A stretch of 47,424 bases of DNA from positions 1-47,424 of IMG/VR virus record IMGVR_UViG_3300004369_000028. One strand, given 5' to 3'. The notes below the pieces were generated by a model. The model worked only from the letters and a program-made list of their open reading frames with translations, did not search any database and was not told the origin of the DNA. Positions within the stretch are counted from its first letter, which is position 1. Every line of letters begins with the position of its first letter. The DNA comes from a virus. Both the position numbers and the translations under genes were made by a program. Positions 36,901 to 44,555 of this stretch are shown piece by piece.

Positions 36901-38006
36901 CCACACTAGGTGATGTTACTATTGAGGATACACTAAGACTAGAGGCTGGTGGTGCTGGCTTCCTTGGTGGACGTTCCTCTAACTCTGCTTATGCCGAAGA
37001 TGGTTTCTTCATAGCTAGAACCGACAAAGGCGGTGGTAACAAGGGTTACGAAGTTTCTGCTACATCGGTTTATTCTGATGCTGGAACTGACCGAATTAGT
37101 GGTATTATTGCAAAAGATACACAACAGCTATCTTTGTTTAATCCTCTGTTTTTTAAGGGCGGTACAACTTCTGGTGGAACAAGTAGTATTACTCCAGCAA
37201 GTAATAATGCATATGCTAACCTTGGAACAATAGATGAAGTTACAATTACTGTCTATGGCGGTGGTGGTGCTGGTGGATTTGGGAAAGCCAATGGTGGTTC
37301 ATCGGGTACTAATACTGCTGGCGGTACTACGACAGTAAGACTTCGCCGTGGTTCTACAACTGGAACTATTATTCAAACCATTACTGCTTCTGGTGGCACT
37401 GGCGGCACAAATGCTAACGGCGTTGGCACAGGTTCTGGTGGAACAGGACAATCCTCAGACTTTGGTGCTGGTGGTGCTGGAGGCTCCAGAAACTCTGCTG
37501 GTTCTTCTGCGCCAAGCACATCCTACGGCGCAGGTGGCGGCGGTGGCGGCGGCGATGCCTCAAGCTGGTTTGACAGTTCTGGTCAAGCTGGGGGAGGTGG
37601 ACTTGCTGGACAGGTTGTAACTCAGACTGTAGACCTATCAGCAGAAACTGTCGATACTTACATAGTTGTAGAAGCCTTTGGTAGTGGTGGAACAGCATCT
37701 GTTTCTGGTGGCGATTATATTGGTGGTAATGGTGCTGCTGGTGCTGTTAAGTATTCTTCTATACTTGGTGGGACAACTCAATATCAATTGTCTGATTTGG
37801 CTGCATCAAGTGTCTCTAATTCTTACGGGCCATTTACAACAGGTACTATTACAGACGCAAGTGCCTTGCCATATAATCACTCTTCAATAACAGGTTTAGA
37901 TTCTCATGTTATGGTAAGGTATGATCAAACAACTACAGGGTCCGTAAAGTATGGCGAAAATAACTATGCAATCTATGCTTGGCGAAAAATATATAAGGTA
38001 ATATAA
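33987..38006 (+). CDS. tail tip / host-specificity protein (lambda J-like) with FN3 domains and a glycine-rich C-terminal domain
   Basis: 1339 aa with a J-like core (YLHRVLAFAGHEI...EIWLND). Two FN3-like segments lie at about 35540..36030 and a tandem ~80-aa domain duplication at about 36061..36575. A Gly-rich segment (GGGGAGGFG...GAGGGGGGG...) lies at about 37250..37760. Confidence 0.8.
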   Translation: MANKLFSVIIAAVVTIATGGFAAGSFMATMFGTSKMAAFLVRAGLGLLMGALAPKQSAPTRSYTITQRGTALDHQIIYGKTKVAGAIVFDATNGSNNKYLHRVLAFAGHEINSYEEIWLNDYKLTLDSNGEVTSATNDGGATTTTRYNGYVRIKKHLGADNQTHDTTLAAETFENDNWTSDHDLRGIAYLYVRLKFNADVFPNGVPEIQAVIKGKKVYDPRNSTTAWSDNPALCIRDYLISDYGLGENTSYIDDDTVETAANACDRTASNNDTWFTINGAFITSSQPADILNDMLSSMAGIIWYAQGKWRMRAAKWETPTLTLNEDDLRGPIQVGTRHSRRDNFNIIKGTWRGADSDWQTTDYPEYKVAQAITDDGGLESTLDLPLLFTDNPDEAQRIARIVYERNRQQLTVSAQFGLRAMSCQIGDFIQLDNDRMGWTNKYWEVIEWSFGMKGVDLVVNMVLREITSSVFDEISNYVTYEKDNTSIASPFDTQDVTISAATKTTSFSSEGNLIPKLKWVWTVTDESDVDYYIFGWRTTASGDYTEVVLKDRTFEIEPAIAGATYYVRVRAVNHQGVAGTPSTRSDQASTDTDAPATPTLNTPIGGYQAITLTWAAPSEADFRHMEIQRSDTSTGTYTTIGYSSATSFVDGDVGNQVTRYYKIRATDFSGNSSSYTAAKSATTIAEVTGPNGYTQAQVFLYAAGTSAPSDPTGTFTYTFSTGALSGGTLGSWSTDVPTLTNGEYLWVKTASAYANTTTDSIPATEFSSAVNTSYAGTDGAAGYNSATVTLFKKTTTTTTPDTPTTSETYTFSSATLTATDNGWTQSAPSISSGEYLWSISAVAYSNTSTDTIAANEWSTPSIVGVAGSTGPTGARGAGQWIINLDTADMPADDASSSTINTKFTDTTDGVGVSPVDGDQAWFTDNDTFEQRVWIYDGTNWNYQTVAINGNLVVDGTITADKISVPKLEAIAATLGDVTIEDTLRLEAGGAGFLGGRSSNSAYAEDGFFIARTDKGGGNKGYEVSATSVYSDAGTDRISGIIAKDTQQLSLFNPLFFKGGTTSGGTSSITPASNNAYANLGTIDEVTITVYGGGGAGGFGKANGGSSGTNTAGGTTTVRLRRGSTTGTIIQTITASGGTGGTNANGVGTGSGGTGQSSDFGAGGAGGSRNSAGSSAPSTSYGAGGGGGGGDASSWFDSSGQAGGGGLAGQVVTQTVDLSAETVDTYIVVEAFGSGGTASVSGGDYIGGNGAAGAVKYSSILGGTTQYQLSDLAASSVSNSYGPFTTGTITDASALPYNHSSITGLDSHVMVRYDQTTTGSVKYGENNYAIYAWRKIYKVI

Positions 38007-38383
38007 TGGGATATAAACTAGGAACACGAAGTTTACAGAAATTATCGGGTGTTCATCCTGACCTAGTTTCTGTTGTAAAACGGGCTATTGAAATATCAGA
38101 GCAAGATTTTTCTGTTCTGGAAGGAATACGTCATATAGACCGTCAAAAACAGTTAGTAAAAGAGGGCAAGTCTACAACAATGCGAAGCCGCCACCTGACA
38201 GGACATGCAGTGGACTTAGTGCCTTACCCTGTATCTTGGGACTGGGAATATTTCTACCCCATTGTTGATGCCATGAAAGCAGCAGCAGAGGAATTGGAAA
38301 TAGATATCACCTGTGGTGCAGACTGGACTAATTTTCCTGATGGACCACATTTTCAGTTAAGCTGGGATAGCTACCCAGAATGA
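38006..38383 (+). CDS. endolysin, peptidase M15 (VanY/L-Ala-D-Glu peptidase-like)
   Basis: 125 aa with SRHLTGHAVDL (H-x-x-x-x-x-D zinc site) and a C-terminal PDGPHFQL histidine. Confidence 0.85.
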   Translation: MGYKLGTRSLQKLSGVHPDLVSVVKRAIEISEQDFSVLEGIRHIDRQKQLVKEGKSTTMRSRHLTGHAVDLVPYPVSWDWEYFYPIVDAMKAAAEELEIDITCGADWTNFPDGPHFQLSWDSYPE

Positions 38384-38619
38384 TTGAAGATACGGTTTTG
38401 TGGAACGCAATTCTCACGGGTGGCGTAGGTGTCATAGCTTGGGTCATCCGTAGTTGCATGGTAGAATTAAACAGACTTAACATACTACTTAACAGAACCC
38501 GTGAAGAAGTAGCAAAAGAGTACGTAACTAAGTCCGAACAAAAAGATCAGATGGCCTACGTAATAGATAAGATTGAAGCACTCGACGCAAAATTAGACAG
38601 GTTGCTAGAGAGGCATTAA
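38380..38619 (+). CDS. membrane protein of the lysis cassette (holin or i-spanin-like)
   Basis: 79 aa with one N-terminal TMD (ILTGGVGVIAWVI) followed by a coiled-coil tail. Confidence 0.4.
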   Translation: MIEDTVLWNAILTGGVGVIAWVIRSCMVELNRLNILLNRTREEVAKEYVTKSEQKDQMAYVIDKIEALDAKLDRLLERH

Positions 38620-38623
38620 TTTT

Positions 38624-39082
38624 ATGGACCCTGTTACAATAATCAGTGGCGCAACAATGGCTTTTAACGCCATAAAAAAAGGCATAGCCATCGGCCGTGA
38701 TTTACAGGACATGTCAGGTCAACTGTCTCAATGGGCAGGGGCTATGTCTGACTTAGGACAGTGTGAGAAAAAAGTAAACAACCCTCCTTGGTGGAAATCT
38801 TTAGGTGGGTCTGTAGAGGCAGAGGCCCTTGAGGTTTGGAATGCAAAACGTAAAGCACAGGCCATGAGGGACGAGTTAAAGTCTCATATTAGCTTTATGT
38901 ACGGGCCATCTGCTTGGGAAGAACTTTTGTCGATAGAGGCAAAAATCCGAAAAGATAAGAAGGCCCACGAATATAGGAAAGCTGAAATAAAAGAATCCAT
39001 TATAAACTGGTCAGTAGGTATACTATTGTTTATTGTTGGTGTGTGTGTTATGGCTTTCATTCTTTGGTTGACAACTAGATGA
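38624..39082 (+). CDS. hypothetical C-terminally anchored membrane protein
   Basis: 152 aa with a C-terminal TMD (WSVGILLFIVGVCVMAFILWL). Confidence 0.5.
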   Translation: MDPVTIISGATMAFNAIKKGIAIGRDLQDMSGQLSQWAGAMSDLGQCEKKVNNPPWWKSLGGSVEAEALEVWNAKRKAQAMRDELKSHISFMYGPSAWEELLSIEAKIRKDKKAHEYRKAEIKESIINWSVGILLFIVGVCVMAFILWLTTR

Positions 39083-39186
39083 TTGTCAAAAGAGGTAAAT
39101 ACTACATTGTATATGATGAAAAAGGTTATGTTGTATTAATCACGACAAACCGTAGAATTGCAGAGTGGATACAGGGCGATGGTTAG
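39079..39186 (+). CDS. hypothetical 35-aa protein
   Basis: Not in the track. The sequence is MIVKRGKYYIVYDEKGYVVLITTNRRIAEWIQGDG, with an ATGA overlap onto the upstream stop. Confidence 0.3.
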   Translation: MIVKRGKYYIVYDEKGYVVLITTNRRIAEWIQGDG

Positions 39187-39403
39187 TTTGGGACTATTAG
39201 ATTACATGCCTCTCCCACAAATGCCTTTTGATAAGGTTGAGGTAGAAAATAGGGCAACAAGAAAGATAAAAGAAACAGAAAAAGCTGTAGACCAAAATGT
39301 ACATAAGTACAAGTATACAGATGCATACACATATCACCCACAAAACATGAGTAAGTTCTATCCTCAAAGACAGGGTGAAAATGTTGACTTTGTAGTTGCC
39401 TAA
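39158..39403 (+). CDS. hypothetical protein
   Basis: 81-aa track ORF. An alternative start MVSLGL lies at 39179. Confidence 0.45.
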   Translation: MQSGYRAMVSLGLLDYMPLPQMPFDKVEVENRATRKIKETEKAVDQNVHKYKYTDAYTYHPQNMSKFYPQRQGENVDFVVA

Positions 39404-39415
39404 AAGGATTAAAAT

Positions 39416-39736
39416 ATGGTAGTTGATTTTGATGTTGACGGTGACGGTAAGATTACCGCCGAAGAAGTAGCAATGAAAGAACGTATGCTTGAAATAGAGT
39501 TACGTGAAGAAAAGGCAGAGTCACAAAAGTTTATGGCTTGGGTTGCTATGGGTATGATGATAGTATTTACCATATTTCTATTCACCCCTATTATACCTGA
39601 TACAAGGGTATCTGCACTAGCTGATCTTTTAGGTTTATTCTATATTGCTCAAACTGGAGTTGTAGCAGCCTATATGGGGGCAACGGCTTATATGGCAGGA
39701 AAGCCTATGGGTAACAAAGTAGCTATGTCAAAATGA
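39416..39736 (+). CDS. two-TMD membrane protein with an N-terminal EF-hand loop (holin candidate)
   Basis: 106 aa. DVDGDGKITAEE fits the canonical 12-residue EF-hand loop. Two hydrophobic helices follow. Confidence 0.5.
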   Translation: MVVDFDVDGDGKITAEEVAMKERMLEIELREEKAESQKFMAWVAMGMMIVFTIFLFTPIIPDTRVSALADLLGLFYIAQTGVVAAYMGATAYMAGKPMGNKVAMSK

Positions 39737-40068
39737 GATGGTTAGTATTAGCCTTGCTGTTATATGGTTGTGGCGTATCAAGTCTAATTCCTTCTCTGGG
39801 GGGCAGTGGAACAAATGTTGCCGCAAACACCCAAATAGGAAAAGAAAACAATCAAGGCATAAACACAAATGTTGATAAGTCTGTCAGGCCAGTCTTGCGA
39901 CCAGAGGGACCAGTAGAAACTGTGCAGCAAGATAATAGCACTACAAACATATCTGAAATAAACCCCCTTATGTTAATACTCTTGATTCTTGGTTGGTTGG
40001 CCCCCAGTCCAAACGAGATAGCTAGAGGAATAAAAAGCCTGTTCACTAGAACGAAACGGGTATTATAA
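39733..40068 (+). CDS. lipoprotein with a C-terminal TMD (unimolecular spanin candidate)
   Basis: 111 aa. It has a signal peptide plus lipobox (LLLYGC) and a C-terminal TMD (INPLMLILLILGWLAP) followed by a basic tail. Confidence 0.45.
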   Translation: MRWLVLALLLYGCGVSSLIPSLGGSGTNVAANTQIGKENNQGINTNVDKSVRPVLRPEGPVETVQQDNSTTNISEINPLMLILLILGWLAPSPNEIARGIKSLFTRTKRVL

Positions 40069-40078
40069 AACTAAAGAA

Positions 40079-40111
40079 CCCCCTACGGTTAATTCCGTAG
40101 GGGGCTTTTTT
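40079..40111. terminator. bidirectional rho-independent terminator between the convergent arms
   Basis: CCCCCTACGG-TTAATT-CCGTAGGGGG (10-bp perfect stem) is followed by CTTTTTT on the plus strand and preceded by AAAGAA (TTCTTT on the minus strand). Confidence 0.85.
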
Positions 40112-40125
40112 GTGCCTACAACTTT

Positions 40126-40323
40126 TTATTCATTTTTTGTCATCTCTAACTTAGACATGACGAGTGCTGTACCTTCGTACAAAGTCTCTATGTCATTCTC
40201 TGTTTTTGTAACACGACGAATTGTATAGGCATTTAAGATTAGGCTTATAAGTAAAGCACCTTCAACGAAACTCAAGTGGCACCTCTTTCCATAAGTTACA
40301 CGCAAACGTCTTTCGTATCCCAC
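40126..40323 (-). CDS. hypothetical small protein
   Basis: 65-aa track ORF with a 62-nt overlap onto the upstream gene, so it is uncertain. Confidence 0.3.
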   Translation of the reverse strand: MGYERRLRVTYGKRCHLSFVEGALLISLILNAYTIRRVTKTENDIETLYEGTALVMSKLEMTKNE

Positions 40324-40771
40324 TACTTATAGGAGACACACGGTGACGTTCTTCACCAGCACTAAAAAATATTGCACGATTAGGGACAGGTGCAATACGT
40401 TCTATTTCTTTTCCATTTTCAATTTCTAGGTAACCACCTGTTACCTCATGGTACGGATACAACACAGAACCAAATATAGGCTTTTTTATTTCTCCTGTTT
40501 TTTGCCAGTGTGCTTCATCTTTGTCATAGTGCCAATTAAGCCCATTGTCTCGCCACAGTATGTTGTACCAGTATTCATAGCCTACAGCCCGATATGCGTG
40601 TTTCGGGTCAAAAAAGTCCCACAGGCGTTTTGCTACTACTTGCATAATGTTATGCTGCTGATCGTTCACATGCATGAACGCATAGTTTCCAGAGGACTTA
40701 TTTTCCCATATAGAGGGGTCGTTAAACTGTTCCCATAAAACAGCATCTAGGAAGTTATCAACTACTATCAT
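40262..40771 (-). CDS. 2OG-Fe(II) oxygenase-like protein
   Basis: Track ORF trimmed to MIVVDNFLD, giving an ATGA overlap with the upstream stop. Motifs are GLNWHYDKDE (HxD) and GEERHRVSPISSGIRKTF (H...R). Confidence 0.55.
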   Translation of the reverse strand: MIVVDNFLDAVLWEQFNDPSIWENKSSGNYAFMHVNDQQHNIMQVVAKRLWDFFDPKHAYRAVGYEYWYNILWRDNGLNWHYDKDEAHWQKTGEIKKPIFGSVLYPYHEVTGGYLEIENGKEIERIAPVPNRAIFFSAGEERHRVSPISSGIRKTFACNLWKEVPLEFR

Positions 40772-41133
40772 TTTCGTTCCTGCTGTTGTATGAGAGCCTC
40801 TAAGTACCACCTTGCTTTTTTTAAGTCCTCTACCCCATTCTTATATCTCCAACGGTGTAGGTACTTTGCTACATTTCCACGGTAGTACCCTGTTAGTTCA
40901 TCATCTGACAAGAAGTCTTTGATGTACTCTATACACTCTATAGTACCTTGTCCATAGTGTGCAGGTTTGTTTACGTTATCACGTTCCATAGATCGTTTTC
41001 GTTCCTCTGTTGTCATAGGTGTTATAATGGGTGCTTCATGCCATTCAGTTTTGGGGGGTGGCCCACCTATAAGGTGACCTATTCTTGGCATTACAAATTC
41101 TCCTTCATAAACACCTTTACCCATTGGGCGCAA
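40768..41133 (-). CDS. DUF3310-like phage protein
   Basis: 121 aa. NKPAHYGQGTIECIEYIKDFL...YYRGNVAKYLHRWRYKNG..DLKKARWYLE is the typical pattern of this family. Confidence 0.6.
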   Translation of the reverse strand: MRPMGKGVYEGEFVMPRIGHLIGGPPPKTEWHEAPIITPMTTEERKRSMERDNVNKPAHYGQGTIECIEYIKDFLSDDELTGYYRGNVAKYLHRWRYKNGVEDLKKARWYLEALIQQQERK

Positions 41134-41810
41134 ATGTCAGAACGTATAATATCCTCGACACCGAACTCAATGATAGGTATAGGTAACATGTACTTTTTAG
41201 CTAGGTGAATTACTTTTGACAACCCGTCTGTTTCTTTTAGGTCAGATTGTTGCGAATCACCATTAAGCACAATAGTAGTACCTTCTCCTACCCTTGTCAA
41301 CAACATTTTTAATTCGTGTGTTGTTATATTTTGAGCCTCGTCTACGATTATAAAGGCATTATCGAAGCTACGACCACGCATAAGTGCAAGAGGTGCCATT
41401 TCAATGTTACCATTCTTGATCCCTGTTTCTACTGCACCTTTACCAAGGTGTTTTTCCAATACGTCTAACACAGGCAACGCCCAAGGTTTAGTTTTTTCTT
41501 CTAGGTCACCTTTTAAGAATCCTAACTCTTTACCTACGGCAACGTGAGGTCTTGTGATAACGATCTTATCAATTTCTTTCGTCGTGTAGAGGTCGGCAGC
41601 ATAAGTCGCAGTAACATACGTTTTCCCAGTACCCGCAGGACCAAGTATGAAAATTTGAGAATGTTGTTTAAATGCATCTAATAACTCCTTTTGTTTTTCA
41701 GTCCTTGGTACAATACCAGACACTTGTTTATTGGCAGCACCTTTGTAAGTAGTCTTTCTTCTGGTCTTTCTGTGTTTAACAGGGAAATCTGTCACGTTGT
41801 CATCATCCAT
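41091..41810 (-). CDS. phoH: PhoH-like ATPase
   Basis: 239 aa with Walker A GPAGTGKTY, Walker B FIIVDEAQN and GD..Q.DL. Confidence 0.9.
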   Translation of the reverse strand: MDDDNVTDFPVKHRKTRRKTTYKGAANKQVSGIVPRTEKQKELLDAFKQHSQIFILGPAGTGKTYVTATYAADLYTTKEIDKIVITRPHVAVGKELGFLKGDLEEKTKPWALPVLDVLEKHLGKGAVETGIKNGNIEMAPLALMRGRSFDNAFIIVDEAQNITTHELKMLLTRVGEGTTIVLNGDSQQSDLKETDGLSKVIHLAKKYMLPIPIIEFGVEDIIRSDICAQWVKVFMKENL

Positions 41811-42243
41811 TGATCTCTACTAACTCTGCTTTTGTATAAGGTATATGAAAGAATTTTTCTCCTTTTACTACCCACCTAGCTTTGATTTCCTGTAAACTAT
41901 CTTCGTTCATTAGTGTGTCTTTTATTCTCCATGCTTGCTTCATATCATTTCTAAATACATAGAAATTTAACACACCTTCGTCATACATTTTAAGTAGACG
42001 TTTTTTACGTTCAGGAATCCTGATTTCTTTCCAATGGGTAGGCCAATCGTGTTTCCACGCAACCTTTACTTCTGCCTCGTTATAGTATGTAATACCCCCC
42101 TTCTGAGATACAACGTCTACATTGTAGTCCTCTGTATTAGATACGATGGTGTGACCTTTTGTTTTAAGATGGTTGGCTAGTATTTCTCTAGCAGGGGCAT
42201 CAAAAGTGTCATACAAGGTTTTGTTAAAAGGTCTTTTTATCAT
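41803..42243 (-). CDS. hypothetical protein (possibly PD-(D/E)xK nuclease fold)
   Basis: 146 aa. DYNVDVV...YNEAEVKV could be a D...E-x-K motif, but the evidence is weak. Confidence 0.5.
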   Translation of the reverse strand: MIKRPFNKTLYDTFDAPAREILANHLKTKGHTIVSNTEDYNVDVVSQKGGITYYNEAEVKVAWKHDWPTHWKEIRIPERKKRLLKMYDEGVLNFYVFRNDMKQAWRIKDTLMNEDSLQEIKARWVVKGEKFFHIPYTKAELVEING

Positions 42244-42460
42244 TCAGGTATTCTTTCAGTTCTTTGTAACCACCGATATGTTTACCTCTAAAGTCCCATA
42301 TTTGTGGGACAGTCTTTAGGTCTGCTTTTTTAAACAAATCTAGTAGCCATCTGCATTCATCTAGGGAGTAGTGAGATACACTACCCCCCTTAGAGTTGAT
42401 AAGTTGTTTAGCCTGTTCACAGTAAGAACAGTTTCGTCTGGTTACCATAACATACATCAT
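42224..42460 (-). CDS. glutaredoxin/NrdH-like redoxin
   Basis: 78 aa with a CSYC active site near the N-terminus and TVPQIW..GKHIGGY. Confidence 0.75.
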   Translation of the reverse strand: MMYVMVTRRNCSYCEQAKQLINSKGGSVSHYSLDECRWLLDLFKKADLKTVPQIWDFRGKHIGGYKELKEYLNDKKTF

Positions 42461-44355
42461 GTTAGGTCTACTATTTCGCAGCTATCACCAGAACAGGCCA
42501 TTGTTTGCATACCACTTGTATTATCTTCTTTTTCGTAGTCTGAAAGTTTAGACCAGTCAATATCAGATGGCATAAGAGATAGCAAATATTCATAGTCTGA
42601 TTTACCACATTCCTGATAAGGTGCCTGTTGATATGTGTGGTCAGAGTGTGGCAAGAATGATACACCTGACATCTCGTCAAAATGCTCATACACAAATGCA
42701 CCTACAGATATCCATTCAGAATCACGTACTGACACAGTAATGCTAGGCTTATGCTCACACCAGTGTCGTTGATACGTCAGCCACATTTCTAGTTGCTCAA
42801 TAGCTGTCATATCGTCACGTGTTACTGCACCTGCTGGAGACTTCTGTGGGAAGCTAAACACTGTTGTTGTGTCTGGCTTCATAACACAAGGCTCATTAGG
42901 TATTTTCATGTCAATCAGGAATTGTGTCAATGGGTCTTTGTTATCACCCCTGACAGTACGAATGTAATAAGGGCTGTGACGTGCATGAATCCCACTAGAA
43001 GAATCAACGAGTTGGGAGACAGTACCACTAGGTTTGACACAAGTGATAGCAGCAGAAGGAGTGATACCAATGCGGCTGCTCCATTCAAGGTTCGTAGTGA
43101 TTGCAACATTTCTTAGATGCTCCAAAGTTTTGGCTAATCCTGCATTTCTTGCAGTCATTAACGGGTTGTCCATAATGCCTGTCAAGCTAACACCCAACAG
43201 ACGTTCTTCTTCCGTATTACGTTGCCACTCTTTTGACAGGTAAGGGAACTTTGTATAGGCAGACTGTATTGTGCCTAGAATTGTTGCCTGACGAACCTTA
43301 CGTTCTAGGTCATCAAGGTTGTCGGTTGCACGTACTACAACTTCTGTAAGGTTGCAAAATTGTGCAGATCGCAAAATTATTTCCGAACACGGGTTAGTAC
43401 CAAATTCCCAATCACTATCCCTTCGGGTATTTTTTGCTGCTTGTTTCTGCGATGCTTGACGGTTGAATATGCCCCGTTCACCAGACTTGCTTTCGATCAA
43501 TGCGGTCCATTCACGCATGAATGTCTCTGCATCTGGCTTGTCTGTATAAGCAACAGAATTGTTAGCTAGAGCACGGTAACCAAAGTTTTCCCACCATTGA
43601 CCAGACTTAGCATGACGCATACGATCATCGGATAGATTTGACAAACTTATCATAGCAGAACGGCGTACACCGCCTACAACAACAATTTCTCCTATCTTAC
43701 ACATAATGTCGTGGCACTCAATAGACGATAGTTTACGCCCAGCCGCACCTACAAACTTTTCGATAGTAAAGTTAAACAAGTCAACCAAAGGTGCTGGACC
43801 AGAGGCCCTACCACCGAATGTTTTTAGTCGTGCTCCAGCAGGTCGTACCAAGCCAATGTCCCACTGAGGAATTTCACCAGACCATAGCAATGCTAGTAGT
43901 TGACGGTAAGCCTTTGCCCAACCCTCTTTACTATCCTTAACCACGATAGTTGTTTCAGATTTGAACAGCTTGTCTGGTACTTCTGGTAGTTTCTGAATGT
44001 ATTGACGTTCAACACTAAACCCCACACCCGTTCCGCATAACAGGATAAACATGGCCTCGTCAAATCGTGTCGGTTTATCTACTGCTATATAAGAACAGTT
44101 ATACATACATGTATTATCACGTGCTGATGCCTTACCTGCGGTCATTAAAGAACGCATAGAGGGCATAACCTCTAAACTTAATATAGCATCACGAATAGAG
44201 TTTATATAACTGTCATCACCTGCTAGTGGCTTTACGATATTGTCCATGTATCGGTCAACAGTTTCTGACCACGACTCACGTTTTTCGCCAGTCCAACGGG
44301 CATAACGTGATAGGGCAATAAAGTTTTGATAGGGGGTGGGGAGCATGTTGTTCAT
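42457..44355 (-). CDS. nrdJ: ribonucleotide reductase, class II (adenosylcobalamin-dependent)-like
   Basis: 632 aa with a thiyl-radical loop FGTNPCSEI and a C-terminal Cys pair (CSGDSC). No NrdB-like gene was found anywhere in the genome. Confidence 0.7.
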   Translation of the reverse strand: MNNMLPTPYQNFIALSRYARWTGEKRESWSETVDRYMDNIVKPLAGDDSYINSIRDAILSLEVMPSMRSLMTAGKASARDNTCMYNCSYIAVDKPTRFDEAMFILLCGTGVGFSVERQYIQKLPEVPDKLFKSETTIVVKDSKEGWAKAYRQLLALLWSGEIPQWDIGLVRPAGARLKTFGGRASGPAPLVDLFNFTIEKFVGAAGRKLSSIECHDIMCKIGEIVVVGGVRRSAMISLSNLSDDRMRHAKSGQWWENFGYRALANNSVAYTDKPDAETFMREWTALIESKSGERGIFNRQASQKQAAKNTRRDSDWEFGTNPCSEIILRSAQFCNLTEVVVRATDNLDDLERKVRQATILGTIQSAYTKFPYLSKEWQRNTEEERLLGVSLTGIMDNPLMTARNAGLAKTLEHLRNVAITTNLEWSSRIGITPSAAITCVKPSGTVSQLVDSSSGIHARHSPYYIRTVRGDNKDPLTQFLIDMKIPNEPCVMKPDTTTVFSFPQKSPAGAVTRDDMTAIEQLEMWLTYQRHWCEHKPSITVSVRDSEWISVGAFVYEHFDEMSGVSFLPHSDHTYQQAPYQECGKSDYEYLLSLMPSDIDWSKLSDYEKEDNTSGMQTMACSGDSCEIVDLT

Positions 44356-44555
44356 TATTCTTGGCCTCGTCCTCGCATTGATTTGTCTTCACCTAGCCAG
44401 ATTAGTCGGTCAATATCACATCGTGAAATTCCCATATCAGCTAAGTCTCTATCAGACATTCTGTTTAGTTGTTTAATTATATCTCTATGTTCTCGCCATG
44501 TTGAGATGTAGTTCATATATCTCCATAACCATGACATACCTTTTTTCTTCTTCAC
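44355..44555 (-). CDS. DUF1127-domain small protein
   Basis: 66 aa. LNRMSDRDLADMGISRCDIDRL matches the DUF1127 signature. Confidence 0.6.
   Translation of the reverse strand: MKKKKGMSWLWRYMNYISTWREHRDIIKQLNRMSDRDLADMGISRCDIDRLIWLGEDKSMRGRGQE

Noticed and set aside
37348-37890. ORFs 37348..37620(+), 37414..37698(-) and 37678..37890(+)
   Set aside because: They are off-frame or antisense products of the glycine-rich coding segment of the 1339-aa tail protein.
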